Shown: piece after piece, positions 49,351 through 61,302 of the stretch
Layout of the letters: each line of letters starts with the position of its first letter
Numbering within the stretch: the stretch's first letter is position 1
NCBI GenBank assembly: GCA_973895155.1
Contig: OZ316893.1
Span: forward strand, 19,472,857 to 19,536,856
Source of the DNA: Marsupella aquatica
Taxonomy: Eukaryota; Plantae; Marchantiophyta
Direction: 5' to 3'
DNA: 64,000 bases
The notes under the pieces: model-generated
Seen by the model: the letters and a program-made list of their open reading frames with translations, nothing else
The model's database searches: none
What the model was told of the DNA's origin: nothing
Position numbers and translations under genes: made by a program

Positions 49351-50682
49351 CGAGCTCAATACCCGTGCGTTGCACAAAAGAAGTCGTGTCGGCCAAGATG
49401 TCGTTGAGAAAAAAAGATGTCGTGTCAGCCAAGAGGTCGTGAAGAGAAAAAATGTCGTGTCGGCCAAGAGGTTGTTGAGAGAAAAAAAGTCGTTGAAAAA
49501 AAAAGATGTCATGTTGGCCAAGAGGTCGTTGAAAAAAAAGTTGTCATGTCGACCAGGATGTCATTGAAAAAAAGATGTCGTGTCGGCAAACACATCATTG
49601 AGAGAAAATATGTCGTGTCGGCCAAGACATCGTTGAGGGAAATTACCCATGTATTGCACAAAAGATGTCGTTAAGAAAAAAATATTGTGTAGCCCAAAAT
49701 ATCATTAAAATAAGGATATCACGACGCCCAAGATATTGTTAAGAAAACAGATGTTGTGGCGCCCAAGATGTAGTGTCCCCCAAGATGTCACTAAGAGGAA
49801 AATGTTGTGGCGCCCAAAATGCTCTTAAGAGAATTATATGTTGTGTTTCCCAAGAATGATGTTCTTATGTGAAAAATGTCATGAAGTAAAAAAATGTTGT
49901 TAAGAAAAAGAAGTCATTTTTCCAAAGATGGCATGTTGCCCAAAAGGTCATCAAGTAAAAAATTATGTCAAGTAAGTAGATGTCATGTCGCCAACGATGT
50001 CGTTATGCCAAAGATGTCATTAAGTATTAAGATGTCGTTAAGTATTAAGATGTTGTTAAGTATTAAAATGTCTTTAAGATCGGGCCTGATACCTATGCAT
50101 TGCACAAATGATGCATGTTGAGGTGAGAAAATTATATCAAGGTGAGAAAAGATGTCGATAAGAGAAAAACATTTTGAGCTAAGAAAAATATGTCAAGGAA
50201 AGAAAATATAGCAAGGTGAGAAAAAGATGTCATATTAGAGAAAAACATTAGGAGGTGAGAAATTAAGTCAAGGAGAGAAAAGATGGTGAGATGAGAAAAA
50301 TATGTCAATATGAGGAAAAAATGTTGAGGATGAAGAAAGATGTTGTGGTGAGATAAAGATTACCAGGCGAGAAAAATATGGCAAAATGAGACAAATATAA
50401 TATATATGTTGAGGTGAGAAAAGATCTCAAGGTGAGAAAAATATGTCAAGATGAGCAAAGATCTTGAGATGAGAAGACCTTAATATGAAGAAAAGATGTC
50501 AAGATGAGAAAATATTTTATCTATATTTTATTTATATTTGAAATTATTTCAAAAAAATAGAATTATTTATATATTAATAAATTTAATTAAAATTTGATTA
50601 ATTTTTTCAATTGTGGCAGGTATGGGAATGTTAAAGGGTAGCTTGGGCACGAACTTATTTTTAGAAAGGGTGTATGGATAGA
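49351..50682 (-). mobile_element. Non-autonomous Helitron-like element built from tandem repeats
   Basis: Minus strand reads A|TCTATCCATAC... to ...GTGCAACGCACGGGTATTGAGCTCG|T (hairpin, CTAG-like end, A|T target). The interior has ~34-bp GTCGGCCAAGATGTCGTTGAGAAAAAA repeats (49380-49830), 18-bp TAAGTATTAAGATGTCGT repeats (~50010-50075) and ~20-bp AGGTGAGAAAAGATGTC repeats (50120-50510). Confidence 0.65.
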
Positions 50683-52811
50683 TCTTCAAGTGTGAAAAAA
50701 AGTATATTTTGATGAACATTCAAGATTGATTGTCACTTTTTTTAGTTTGTAAAGGGATCGGATCAGGATTATAGTCAGTGGTACATGGTAAAGAGAGGTC
50801 TCCTTGATACTCTTGCATTGCTAGAGACCCTCCTTATTTTCTTGTACTATTAAATTCATTTTTTGCTTGGAAACATTGCTCTCCATTTTCATTCACAAAA
50901 GACATCATTCTTTCATGTTTTTCATTTTTGAGATATTACAAATTTGAATGACTATTATAAAAAAAATAACATTTTATTATAGCTTTTGATATGGTCTTTG
51001 TAATCTAACCTATTTTTAATTAACCTATTTTAATTAAATTATTATCATTATTATATTTTACAATATTATAATACTTGCAATAATATATAGTATCATATAT
51101 ATTATGGACTTTTGTATTTCATGTGTATATCTCTTTGATACTCATGCATGTACATTCACTCTCTTGTTTTGTGTGCCCCATTGCTTCTAGCATTGGCTCC
51201 CTACTTTTGTGTCTCCCATTTGATTCCCCGTTTGTTTGGAATGTATTTATTATTTTTTTGGTGCACACTAAATTTAATATAACTTTTATTCCTTCTCTTT
51301 GATATGATTTATATTTTTTGGACATTGCAAATTTGAATGACTACCACTTCATAAAAAGTCGCAACCTTATATTATAGTTTAGGATGGGGATGAAAATATA
51401 TATAATATTTCCGGCAGATGTGCATTACATGGGAAGTACATTGATATGAGAGCTTTTGTGGGCTTTTTGCTAATTATGTAAGAATGGAATTTTGTTTATC
51501 TTTGGGTTGATTTTTTTCTCCTCCTAAGTAGTTTTTTGGGGTTGGACTCTTATGTTGTCTATGAAGCCTCCATGTACAAACCAAACTTGGATGGACTTGA
51601 CTCAAACACACATATATGCTTGGATATTGGATATTATTTGTTACACTTGTGTCCAAAAATACACGTGAGATCATCATTTTTGTTCACCTGTCCAAAAAGT
51701 ACCTTGTCAAAGCACCACCTATGTCCATCTTTGTCTAAAGGTACCACATACCAACCAGATCAACATTGATTGCAAGCCTCATTTTATTCTCTTATTATCC
51801 TTTTCCCTCAAGCTAGTCACTCTAACCATTTTTTTAGAGTTCAATAAAAAAATATAAAATATGTAAGGTATGTTTAGGTATTTGTATACCTTATCTGGCT
51901 TTTATGGTAATAAAATTATATAGAATAAGCTCTTCACAATTTACTCTAGCACCTCAAGTAGTTTGTTCAATGAGCAAAATTAATTCAATTTTTTTCTCAA
52001 GAATATTTGTATGATTATAATAGATTGCAAAAATCCCACAAAAGGGGGAAACAAGCAACACAATCCCCATGAACCAATATAACAATTTCCACTAGGAAAA
52101 CAAGGTGCAAATCTTAATTTTCATTGAGCATTGCTCTTGAGACGGAATTGTATTTTCCATAGAGTGTCGCTCTTGTGTTAAAGAGGGGTCTGACTTATTT
52201 TGCTGCAGCAACAAAGCTATCTCAGATTTTAATCTAAGAGGGTATTGTCGAGAAATCTTATTTTTCAAAGAGCATTGCTCTTTCACAAAGAGCGCTTCAA
52301 TTAAATTCCCCACTGCAGAGCTCCAAGAAATGATATTTTTCAATAAATGTTTTCAGTACTTTGCCCTCGCTAAGGTCTCAAAAATTTCAAATATAGTACT
52401 AGATGTAAACCTTTGTTTCATTCAATACATATTTTTAGTTCACTTTCAAGTGTAGAGAGTCTCCTAATGTATGTACTTGAATTGTAGGTAAACAGTTAAT
52501 TAGAACATTGATTACCTAGATTTTCTCATCATTAAGTGTAAAATGCTTAGTTTATGTGTCACAATCCATGGGGATCATGGGAAACAACCTTCAAGTCTAT
52601 CTGGGCTTTGGTGTCAGTTTTTTCCTTCTTTTTTTCAAATTGTGATGGAATGAAACAAGGGGAGGGAGGCAGGCAGGGAGAGAAAGAGGGAAAGCAAGGA
52701 CAGATGTCCTTCCATGCGAGGGACAGAGCGAAAAAAAAAGTCTCCTTCCCTGCGATGCCCTGCCATTGCCCGTCTTATTGTTGGGTATTTACTCTTACGT
52801 CTAGGTTAGGT

Positions 52812-52940
52812 ATGACGTGGTTGGTACAACAACGTGGGTTGGTACAACTACGTGGTTAGGTACAACTACGTGATTAGGTACAACTATGTGGTTAGGTACA
52901 ACTACGTGATTAGGTACAACTATGTGGTTAGGTACAACTA
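52812..52940 (+). promoter_or_regulatory. 18-bp tandem array (~7 copies) in LTR U3 with ACGTG cores; identical array at 58887-59015
   Basis: Unit GGTTAGGTACAACTACGT, containing TACGTGG, TACGTGA and TGACGTGG (ABRE/G-box-like). The regulatory role is inferred. Confidence 0.6.
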
Positions 52941-54354
52941 AGTTGCACACTATATCATAAGAGGCATGTGTGCTTGGAGAGGTAGAACCAAGGCTCATTG
53001 TTATGGAGCCACTTGAGAGATAGGGAGAGCTTACACTGTGGAGACTCGGTATAGCCGACGGGCTTAGAGTTCAGTAAAACTCTCTTGTGTGTTCCCGTGG
53101 ACGTAGCCTCAAGGAGGTGAACCACGTATCTCTTGTGTCGACTATTGTGCGTTGGATGGTTCATGGGCTTGCCGTTGCGATCGTCGTCTATGCTCAACAA
53201 TTGGTATCAGAGCATGCTTGGGAGGTGACGTGTGTTCGTGACGGGATTTCATGACGGTTTTTCCAGCGTTGAGTGTTGGTGGATTTTCCAGAGTTCCATC
53301 GCATGGAACTTGGAGTTTATGGGCTCAACGGATAGATCAGGGCAAGAGCTTTCTAACGGTGTGAAGAAATCGTTGAACGGAGCTCGTGGTGCAGAGAGAT
53401 CTAAGTTTTCGTCGTTCTGGATTTTGTGAAGAAAGTTGGCAATCGACTCGGAGGGAGAAGCGTCAAGTGTTTTGACTCAATGGAGAGATTGAGGCAAGAC
53501 GATTGTTTTTGAGTCCGGGATTGGCTCTTTGATGCAAAGAGGAAGGCTAAGCAAAAATCAATTACCTTGTTGGACTTGGTGACGGCACCAAGTGCAATTG
53601 ATCAACATTCGTTGTTGATAAGGTACCATTTTTTTCTCTTTGAAAAATTGATTCGAAATTGGCTATGGCAATTGAGAGAAATCTGTCATCTTTACCAATT
53701 TTTTTCTCCCTCGTTCTTTCCTCGTTTTGGGTGCTTCTTATATCGATCTTCATCGCCTCGGAGTCTAGTTTCCAAATCTGAAATCGGATCTTGATTTCGT
53801 CAAAACCTGAGTGAGATATCTTGCGTTTGGTGTCGAGGGGTACATTCTGCCGTGTGTATTTTCTGCGCGCGCGACCAGATTTCGACGACGAAGGGTGGTA
53901 GGGGGTTTTGGGGGTTCGAGGACACATGTCAGCCCCTCGATTGTTCTTCCGAAATTCCCACAGGGCCTGTACAAGGGTCATAGAATATTCCAAAAAACCA
54001 GAGAGCTATTTTTTGACCGTCCGATAAAGATTTCATCCGCCGAACGGTAACTTTTTTGGTTATTTTTCGGCGAGGTTGTAGCCATTGAAGTTGGCAATGC
54101 AGCGCACCAATCACATCGCAATTCCGACAATGGGTTGTACTTGGTATTTCGGTTATTCCCTGAGGTGGTCAAAACGGGGGAGTTTCCCAAGGTTTTACCC
54201 ACCTCGACCGAAATTTGAATAACTTTTCCGTCAAATTTCGATTTTGATTTTGGTTTTCAGTATTGGACTCCTAGCTTTGTGGGCTACGCGGCGGTGTTGA
54301 GTTTCGAGTTTTTTGAGAAGTTGTGAAAAACAACATTTTTTGTGACTTTCTCAT

Positions 54355-57300
54355 ATGAGTGATTCGGAGGAGTTTTTCGAAGACGTGAAACTTGAAGCAC
54401 GAGGATCACCGCGGAGGTTTCAGGGGCAGAGAGAGGAGCAGGAGGAAGAGCACGTGACACCGATACCATCACCGGTGCGGCGTGTGGTGGAGGAAGCAGT
54501 ACTACTACCGGAGCTCACGGTAAAGAAGAAGATGGGGACTTTCAAGCTTGGGGGACCCAAGTATGAAGTGACAAAGTATGATGGGCGCTCTGACTACTTG
54601 CTATGGGAGAAGCAGGTGAAGGGAGTGCTTTATGCGTCAGGGATGGGCCAACTGCTGAGCCCTCGTGAAGACGATGTTGATGAGAAACAATGGGACCGCA
54701 TGCAGGAGCAGGGAGTGTGGTGTGTTACACTCTATCTCATGCCTCCCATCATCAAGCAGTTAGGTGCACATAAGGATTGCATGTCCTTGTTTGCGGAATT
54801 GCAGAGCAAGTATCACCGCAAGGAGTTGTCGAACCGGCTCTACATTTCCTACAAACTGATGAGTTTCAGGATGAAGGAATCTGGTACGAAGTTGCAAGAC
54901 CATGTGGATGCTTTCAACGACATGGTCGTTGACTTGGAAAACCTTGGGGAGACTTTGAATGATGAGACGAAGGCTCTGCAGCTTCTTAGTTCATTGCCTC
55001 CATCTTACCAGTCCCTATCACGAGTGTTGTTGCATCGTGATAGGGATACCATTTCATACAATGACGTGGTAAGTTCTCTGCTTAGTGATGATCTTCAGCA
55101 GAAGATGCACATCACGTCACAGCCTTCATCATCTGGTGCTGCCCTCAATGTTAACCGTGGGAGGAGTATGCAGCGACCAACTGGGGACTGTAGAACCCAG
55201 TTTAGATCTAAATCCAGATCTAAGTCCAAGGGTAAATCCCCTCAGAGGAGGCAGGTGACATGTTGGAAGTGCAACTAAGTTGGACACTTCAAGCGAGACT
55301 GTAAGGAAAAGGCAGCGGAAACTTCATCGGCAAATGTGGCTAGGGCTGATGGAGAAGCTGATTTACTCAATGATGAGTATGTTTTATGAAGCTAGGGGTA
55401 TGCCCTGTGCACGTCATCTAGGAGAGCAGATGATGTGTGGATTCTTGATTGTGCTTGCTCTTTTCATATTTGTTACATTCGTGAGTTTTTCAGTTCTTAC
55501 TCTGTTTCAAACGGTTCAGTTCTGATGGGAAATGATCACTCCTGTCAAATTGAGGGAATTGGGTCTGTGAAGATTCAAATGTTTGATGGCGCTATGCGCA
55601 CAGTGTCCGGAGTCAGGTATGTACCTGGCATGCGTAAGAATCTGATTTCACTCGGTGTGTTGGATTCAAATGGTCATCAATGGAGCGTTATTGATGGTGA
55701 ACTTCAAGTCAGGTCGGGAGAGACAGTGATTTTGAAGGGGAGTAGACAAAAGAATTTGTATGTGTTACAGGGCAATACTATATGTGGAGAGGCCAATGTA
55801 ACCAAGTCTCACGAGGAGATGACTCAACTGTGGCATTCACGGCTAGGCCACATGAGTGAGAAGGGTTTGGCTATCTTACGGAAGAATGGACTCATTTCTG
55901 ATTTGCAATCTTGTAAATTAGAGTTTTGTGAGCATTGCATTCTTGGAAAGCAGCATCGTCGTGCTTTTGGTGTTGGAACTCATCGTTCCAAAGCGGTTCT
56001 TGAGTACATACATAGTGACGTGTGGGGTCCATCCCCGACTCCCTCACACTCTGGAAAGTTGTACTATGTATCATTTATTGATGATTACTCAAGATTTGTG
56101 TGGATTTATTTCATGATGCATAAGTCTGATGTCTTGTCCATTTTTAAGAAGTGGAAGGCCCAGGTGGAGAATCAGACTGGAAACACGATCAAGTGTTTGG
56201 ATACAAGGGTGAAGAGTCTGAGGTCAGACAACGGCGGGGAGTACACTTCAATGGAATTTGAAGAGTACTGTTCAGAACAGGGGATAACTCGCCATCTCAC
56301 CACAGTTTATACTCCGCAGCAGAATGGTGTCGCTGAGAGGCTCAATCGGACACTGTTGGAGCGGTCACGGAGTATGTTGAGCCAATCAGGTTTACCACAA
56401 GAATTTTGGGCAGAAGCTGTCAATACCGCAGCTTATTTGGTAAATCTTTCTCCTTCTAGTGCTATCAATTTCAAAACGCCGTTTGAGATGCGCTATAAGC
56501 GGCAAGCAGACTATCATGGCTTGGTAATTTTTGGAAGTGATGCATATGCTCTCACACCAAAGCAGAATAGGACCAAGTTGGATCCTACCTCCAGGAAATG
56601 TGTTTTTCTTGGGTACCAGAGTGGTGTGAAAGCCTATAGGCTATGGGATCCTATTGCCTGTAAGCTCGTTGTCAGTAGGGATGTTTCCTTCAATGAATCC
56701 AGATTATTGAAGGAGGGGGAGAATACTCAGGTCTCCCGTACTGACAAAGGAAAATCTCCTATCCCGGATCTCGTTGAGGGGGAGATTGGTTATGAGGTGC
56801 ATGACCGGAGAGAAGGAGTTGCTCCAATTATGGAGCTGGTTCCTGTGCCAGAGGAACCAGAGGAGTTTGTTGATGCTGGTGAGCAACAAGTGGATGCTAT
56901 TGAGCTTCAAATTGTACCAGCACACGCAGATCAACCAGAGTCATCGGCTAGAAGAACATCTGGTCGCACTGTACGCGCTCCATCAAGGTATGGACAGTGG
57001 GTTGATTCATCTCAACTGCAAGAGGATGATTTTACAGCTGATGATGAGGATGATGCGTTAATTTTGGAAGAAGGAGAACCTTCTTCATTTCATGAGGCAA
57101 GTGCTTCAAAAGAGAAGCAGAAGTGGACTGCAGCAATGCAAACGGAGATGCAGTCACTAAAGGACAACAAAACTTGGGAGCTTGTTAAGCTGCCTAAGGG
57201 TCAGCAAGTGGTGGACAGCAAGTGGATTTACAAGCTGAAGGATAATTCCATAGGAGGTGGATCGAAGGTCTACAAGGCTAGATTGGTAGCAAAGGGATTC

Positions 57301-58662
57301 ACACAAGAGAAAGGTGTGGATTAGAATGAGGTCTTCTCACCAGTTGCTAAGTACTCTACAATACGACTATTGTGTGTACTTGTTGTAATGTTTGGTCTGC
57401 TCCTAGATCAGATGGATGTTGTCACAGCTTTCCTCTATGGCACATTGGAAGAGGTGATCTTCATGAGACAACCGCTAGGTTTTGTGAAGAGAGGACAGGA
57501 GGAATTGGTTTGCAGATTGCTGAAATCCTTGTATGGGTTGAAGCAGTCACCAAGACAGTGGAACAAGCGGTTTGACGATTGGATTCGGTCACAAGGTTTT
57601 CATAGAAGTGTATTTGACCCTTGTGTGTATTTGAAACCGGTGAAGAATGTTGTCTTTGGGTTCATTGTTTTAGTACTTTATGTGGATGACATGCTAATTG
57701 CAGCCAAGGATAGGTCTGAGATTGTTAAGCTCAAGGCACTGCTTAGTGCAGAGTTTAAGATGAAGGACTTAGGGCCAGCTAAGAGGATTTTGGGTATGGA
57801 GATCACTAGGGACTTGGAGGCTGGCAAACTATGGTTGACGCAGAGCAGTTATGCGAGGAAGGTAATTGCAAGGTTCAACATGGAGAATAGCAAGCCAGTA
57901 AGTACCCCGTTGGCTCCACACTTCAAGTTATCATCAGCGTTCTGTCCTACGGATGACACAGAGAAGGGGTTGATGTCAAAGGTTCCATATGACAAGGCAG
58001 TGGGGAGTCTCATGTATTTGATGACTTGCACTAGACCTGATCTTGCCATGGCTATGGGCAAGGTGAGCAGGTACATGTCGAATCCAGGGAAGGTACACTG
58101 GGAAGCAATGAAGTGGATTATCAGGTACTTGAAGGGTACCGTGGATCATGGTCTTTTATTTGATGCGAATGCAAAGAATGCTAGATCATTGATTGGCTAT
58201 GTAGATTCTGACTATGGACAAGATTTGGACCGAAGGAGATCAACAACAGGATACGTGTTCACACTTGGCGGTGGATGCATAAGTTGGAGGTCTACTTTGC
58301 AGAAGTGTATTGCTCAGTCTACTACAGAAGCGGAGTATGTTGCAGCTGCGGAAGCAGCAAAGGAAGCGATTTGGTTGGATAGACTTATCACTGAAATGGG
58401 ATTGCCACAGGGGAATGTGAAGCTCCATTGTGATAGTCAAAGTGCACTCCACCTTGCTGTGAACCAGGTGATGGATAGCAGAGTGAAGCACATTGACGTC
58501 AGGTACCATTTTATCAGGCAGGTTGTGTCTGATAATTTGTTTGAGCTAGTCAAGATTGATGGTAAACTCAACCCGGCTGACGCATTTACCAAAGTGATTC
58601 CTTTGGAGAGTTTCTCTAGACACCGTGACGTATTGCAGGTTTTGCAATTGCATCACAAGTAG
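54355..58662 (+). pseudogene. Copia gag-pol in one frame with four in-frame stops
   Basis: Single frame with stops TAA 55276 (in the CCHC knuckle), TGA 55387, TAG 55393 and TAG 57322. Motifs CWKCN*VGHFKRDC, WILDCACSFH, LWHSRLGH, RSDNGGEY, YVDDML and NPADAFTK. Confidence 0.93.
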
Positions 58663-61302
58663 AGTTTTCTTAAACATTCATTGTAATTACTGATATATGC
58701 TCTTCCTCATTCCTATGTATTAGGCTACGGCTTAGTTCTGGTTTGCTCTAGTTAGAGAGGGAAACCGGTTTGGTTTCTGTCCAGAACTTCCCGCTGAGGG
58801 ATCATATACATTGGCAGTATTACTCTCCCCTAGACCAGAGTCAAGGGGAAGATTGTTGGGTATTTACTCTTACGTCTAGGTTAGGTATGACGTGGTTGGT
58901 ACAACAACGTGGGTTGGTACAACTACGTGGTTAGGTACAACTACGTGATTAGGTACAACTATGTGGTTAGGTACAACTACGTGATTAGGTACAACTATGT
59001 GGTTAGGTACAACTAAGTTGCACACTATATCATAAGAGGCATGTGTGCTTGGAGAGGTAGAACCAAGGCTCATTGTTATGGAGCCACTTGAGAGATAGGG
59101 AGAGCTTACACTGTGGAGACTCGGTATAGCCGACGGGCTTAGAGTTCAGTAAAGCTCTCTTGTGTGTTCCCGTGGACGTAGCCTCAAGGAGGTGAACCAC
59201 GTATCTCTTGTGTCGACTATTGTGCGTTGGATGGTTCATGGGCTTGCCGTTGCGATCGTCGTCTATGCTCAACACTTATGCTCCCCCCACACTCCCCAAC
59301 TTACAGCATCACTTTTGCAAAAACAGTATCAACTTTAGTATGAATCAAACTCATATATTATACAGCTGTCTATGTTAGCGGTATATTGACCACACACCTG
59401 GGCAGATTACGGCAAAGGAAATCGCACAGGGCTGCCAGATCCTCTTGGCCCGGCCCTTCTCGTGGTGCAGCTTGGATTGAGACCAAGCTGCAGGTTCAAG
59501 CTTGGCAGGCAAAGCGATATTGGGGAGCTGAGCTAGATCAAAACCTTTGCAATGACGGCCCATGCAGGCAGGGGAGACTGTTGACACCCGCCATGCTGAT
59601 CAAAACCGGCTGCATTGGGACGCAAAATAGATCCCATTGGTGTTTGGTGGCAAGCACACAGTTTCATGCATTGATCAGAAGGCTCGTGGGTGGTATATAT
59701 CTGCTCTAGTTTAAGGTTCTTGGCTCTGGACAACTAACCTATGTTTTTCATTATTTTTCTTTTCTACCACCTCATCTTCCCTTCTGGAGGGTCTCACTTT
59801 TGCAAAAATAACACATCTGATGCGCAAAGCATATGGGCAAGTTAGTTGTCCTAGCTAGGGGAAAAGTTCTTTTGTGTGAGATCACAACAAAGTTTTTAAA
59901 ATTAGATTTTGAGACTTGTGAGAAAAATAGCTCTTTCAGAATATGTTTGGAGTATTCCAAATTAAAAGACTGAGGTACCTTCAAAATGCTGCACGTGATG
60001 GTAGGCCTCTAATAGTAAGACCCTGAGCTTCCCTTCACCCTTTATTTTTCTATGCTTTAGTCCCTCATCGGTTGAGTGGCTGCACGAGAGCAATCATGAT
60101 TGATCTCTCCCTCATCATGCCCTCCACCATCTCTCCTCCCTGACTCAGGCTTTGGGATGATGTGGACTCCTTGATAAATGATTTCATGGAGTTATTGCTC
60201 GTCATGGGACCTGTCGACACCCAAGGTCTTGGCAGCAGGTCAGTGTCCATCTCACTACATAAGGCCCAAGCATTCGCTTGTTTTTCATAGAGCCAAGGTG
60301 ATTCGTGTTAGGGCCTCTAGTTAAATGTCTCTTCCTGACCCATTTTGCCCATTTTGCTCAGGAGCTTTACCAAACTTTTCAATTAGTTGTTTAGTAAAGC
60401 TTTAGTTCTTTTGCCATTTTAGTGACTCTTGGATCTTTCGGCTACTTGGTCTTCCCCTTTTTTTTCCACTTTTCTTGGGTCACGTGCATATGGGATCTCT
60501 CAGAAAAACTTAAATTCTGTTCTTTCATTGGCAGCTTTACACACATGTGCCTAGTGTCAACATCTTAATTATGTGCAGGTATTTAACTAGTCCATGAATT
60601 AAACAAGAATGTGAAATTCATTAAGTAACCCAAAGTGATGCACAATTGCTTCCAAAACATTTGTAAATGTGTGACTATATTGTAAAGAGTTTCCCACTTC
60701 GGCGTCAGGACCGGTCAAGTAATAAGAGGTACGCTAACTCCGCCGCAAACAGTTGTTAAAGTAATTTGCAGCGTGCATATTAGCTGTTCGAAACTGCGTG
60801 AATTGATTTATTGATGGGAGTTTTGATGTCCAGACCATTGATATATAACCCCGCTTTCATCACGAACTTCAGCCACCCGTGGTGGTACTGAGTGAAAACA
60901 ATGGAGATATGGCCAGCCGATGAGTTCCTTGCAGGTCAGGAGGGGACATAATAATGGTACCATCGGGTGCACCTCGATGCGCAGCCGGTGAAGTCTCCGC
61001 AGGGACTGCACATAATGGTACGCTTCAGGAGCTTTCAGGTTTGAGACGACAGCTTTCCAAGGTACGGAATTGCTGGAAGTTTAATTGTTCGGAAGAAAAC
61101 ATTTTCATGGTGGGATGATGTCCAAGGCCGCCTTGGCCGAGAATTGCCCGGCCACATGGAAGTCTCATTTAGATCACTTCATCTGCTTATCGCTTCTTCA
61201 TGGGTGGGCATGGCCAGGGAGAAGCTATAATGAAGGCTCAGTGGGAGTCATGACCGAAAGCTGGGCGATCATTTTAATACATCGTTCGGACTCTTTCCCA
61301 TA

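Larger units (their letters stand above)
52779..59274 (+). mobile_element. Full-length recent Ty1/copia LTR retrotransposon (Tnt1/Tork-like)
   Basis: 421-bp LTRs 52779-53199 and 58854-59274 with one mismatch seen, TSD CTTAT, PBS TGGTATCAGAGC (53202-53213, tRNA-iMet), PPT AAGGGGAAGA (58843-58852), and gag-PR-IN-RT-RH order. Confidence 0.98.

Noticed and set aside
52812-52940. CRISPR-like regular repeats in the LTR (and the arrays at 3042-3490 and 49380-50510)
   Set aside because: The units are head-to-tail with no unique spacers and no cas genes, in a eukaryotic transposon context. They are tandem repeats.
52801-53200. ORFs with VVPNH repeats and the duplicated 81-aa ORF (also 58876-59275)
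   Set aside because: They are translation artefacts of the LTR and its 18-bp array.
59375-59710. GC-richer ORF fragments just after the 3' LTR
   Set aside because: No recognisable domain and stops in the most protein-like frame. It is probably a decayed repeat.
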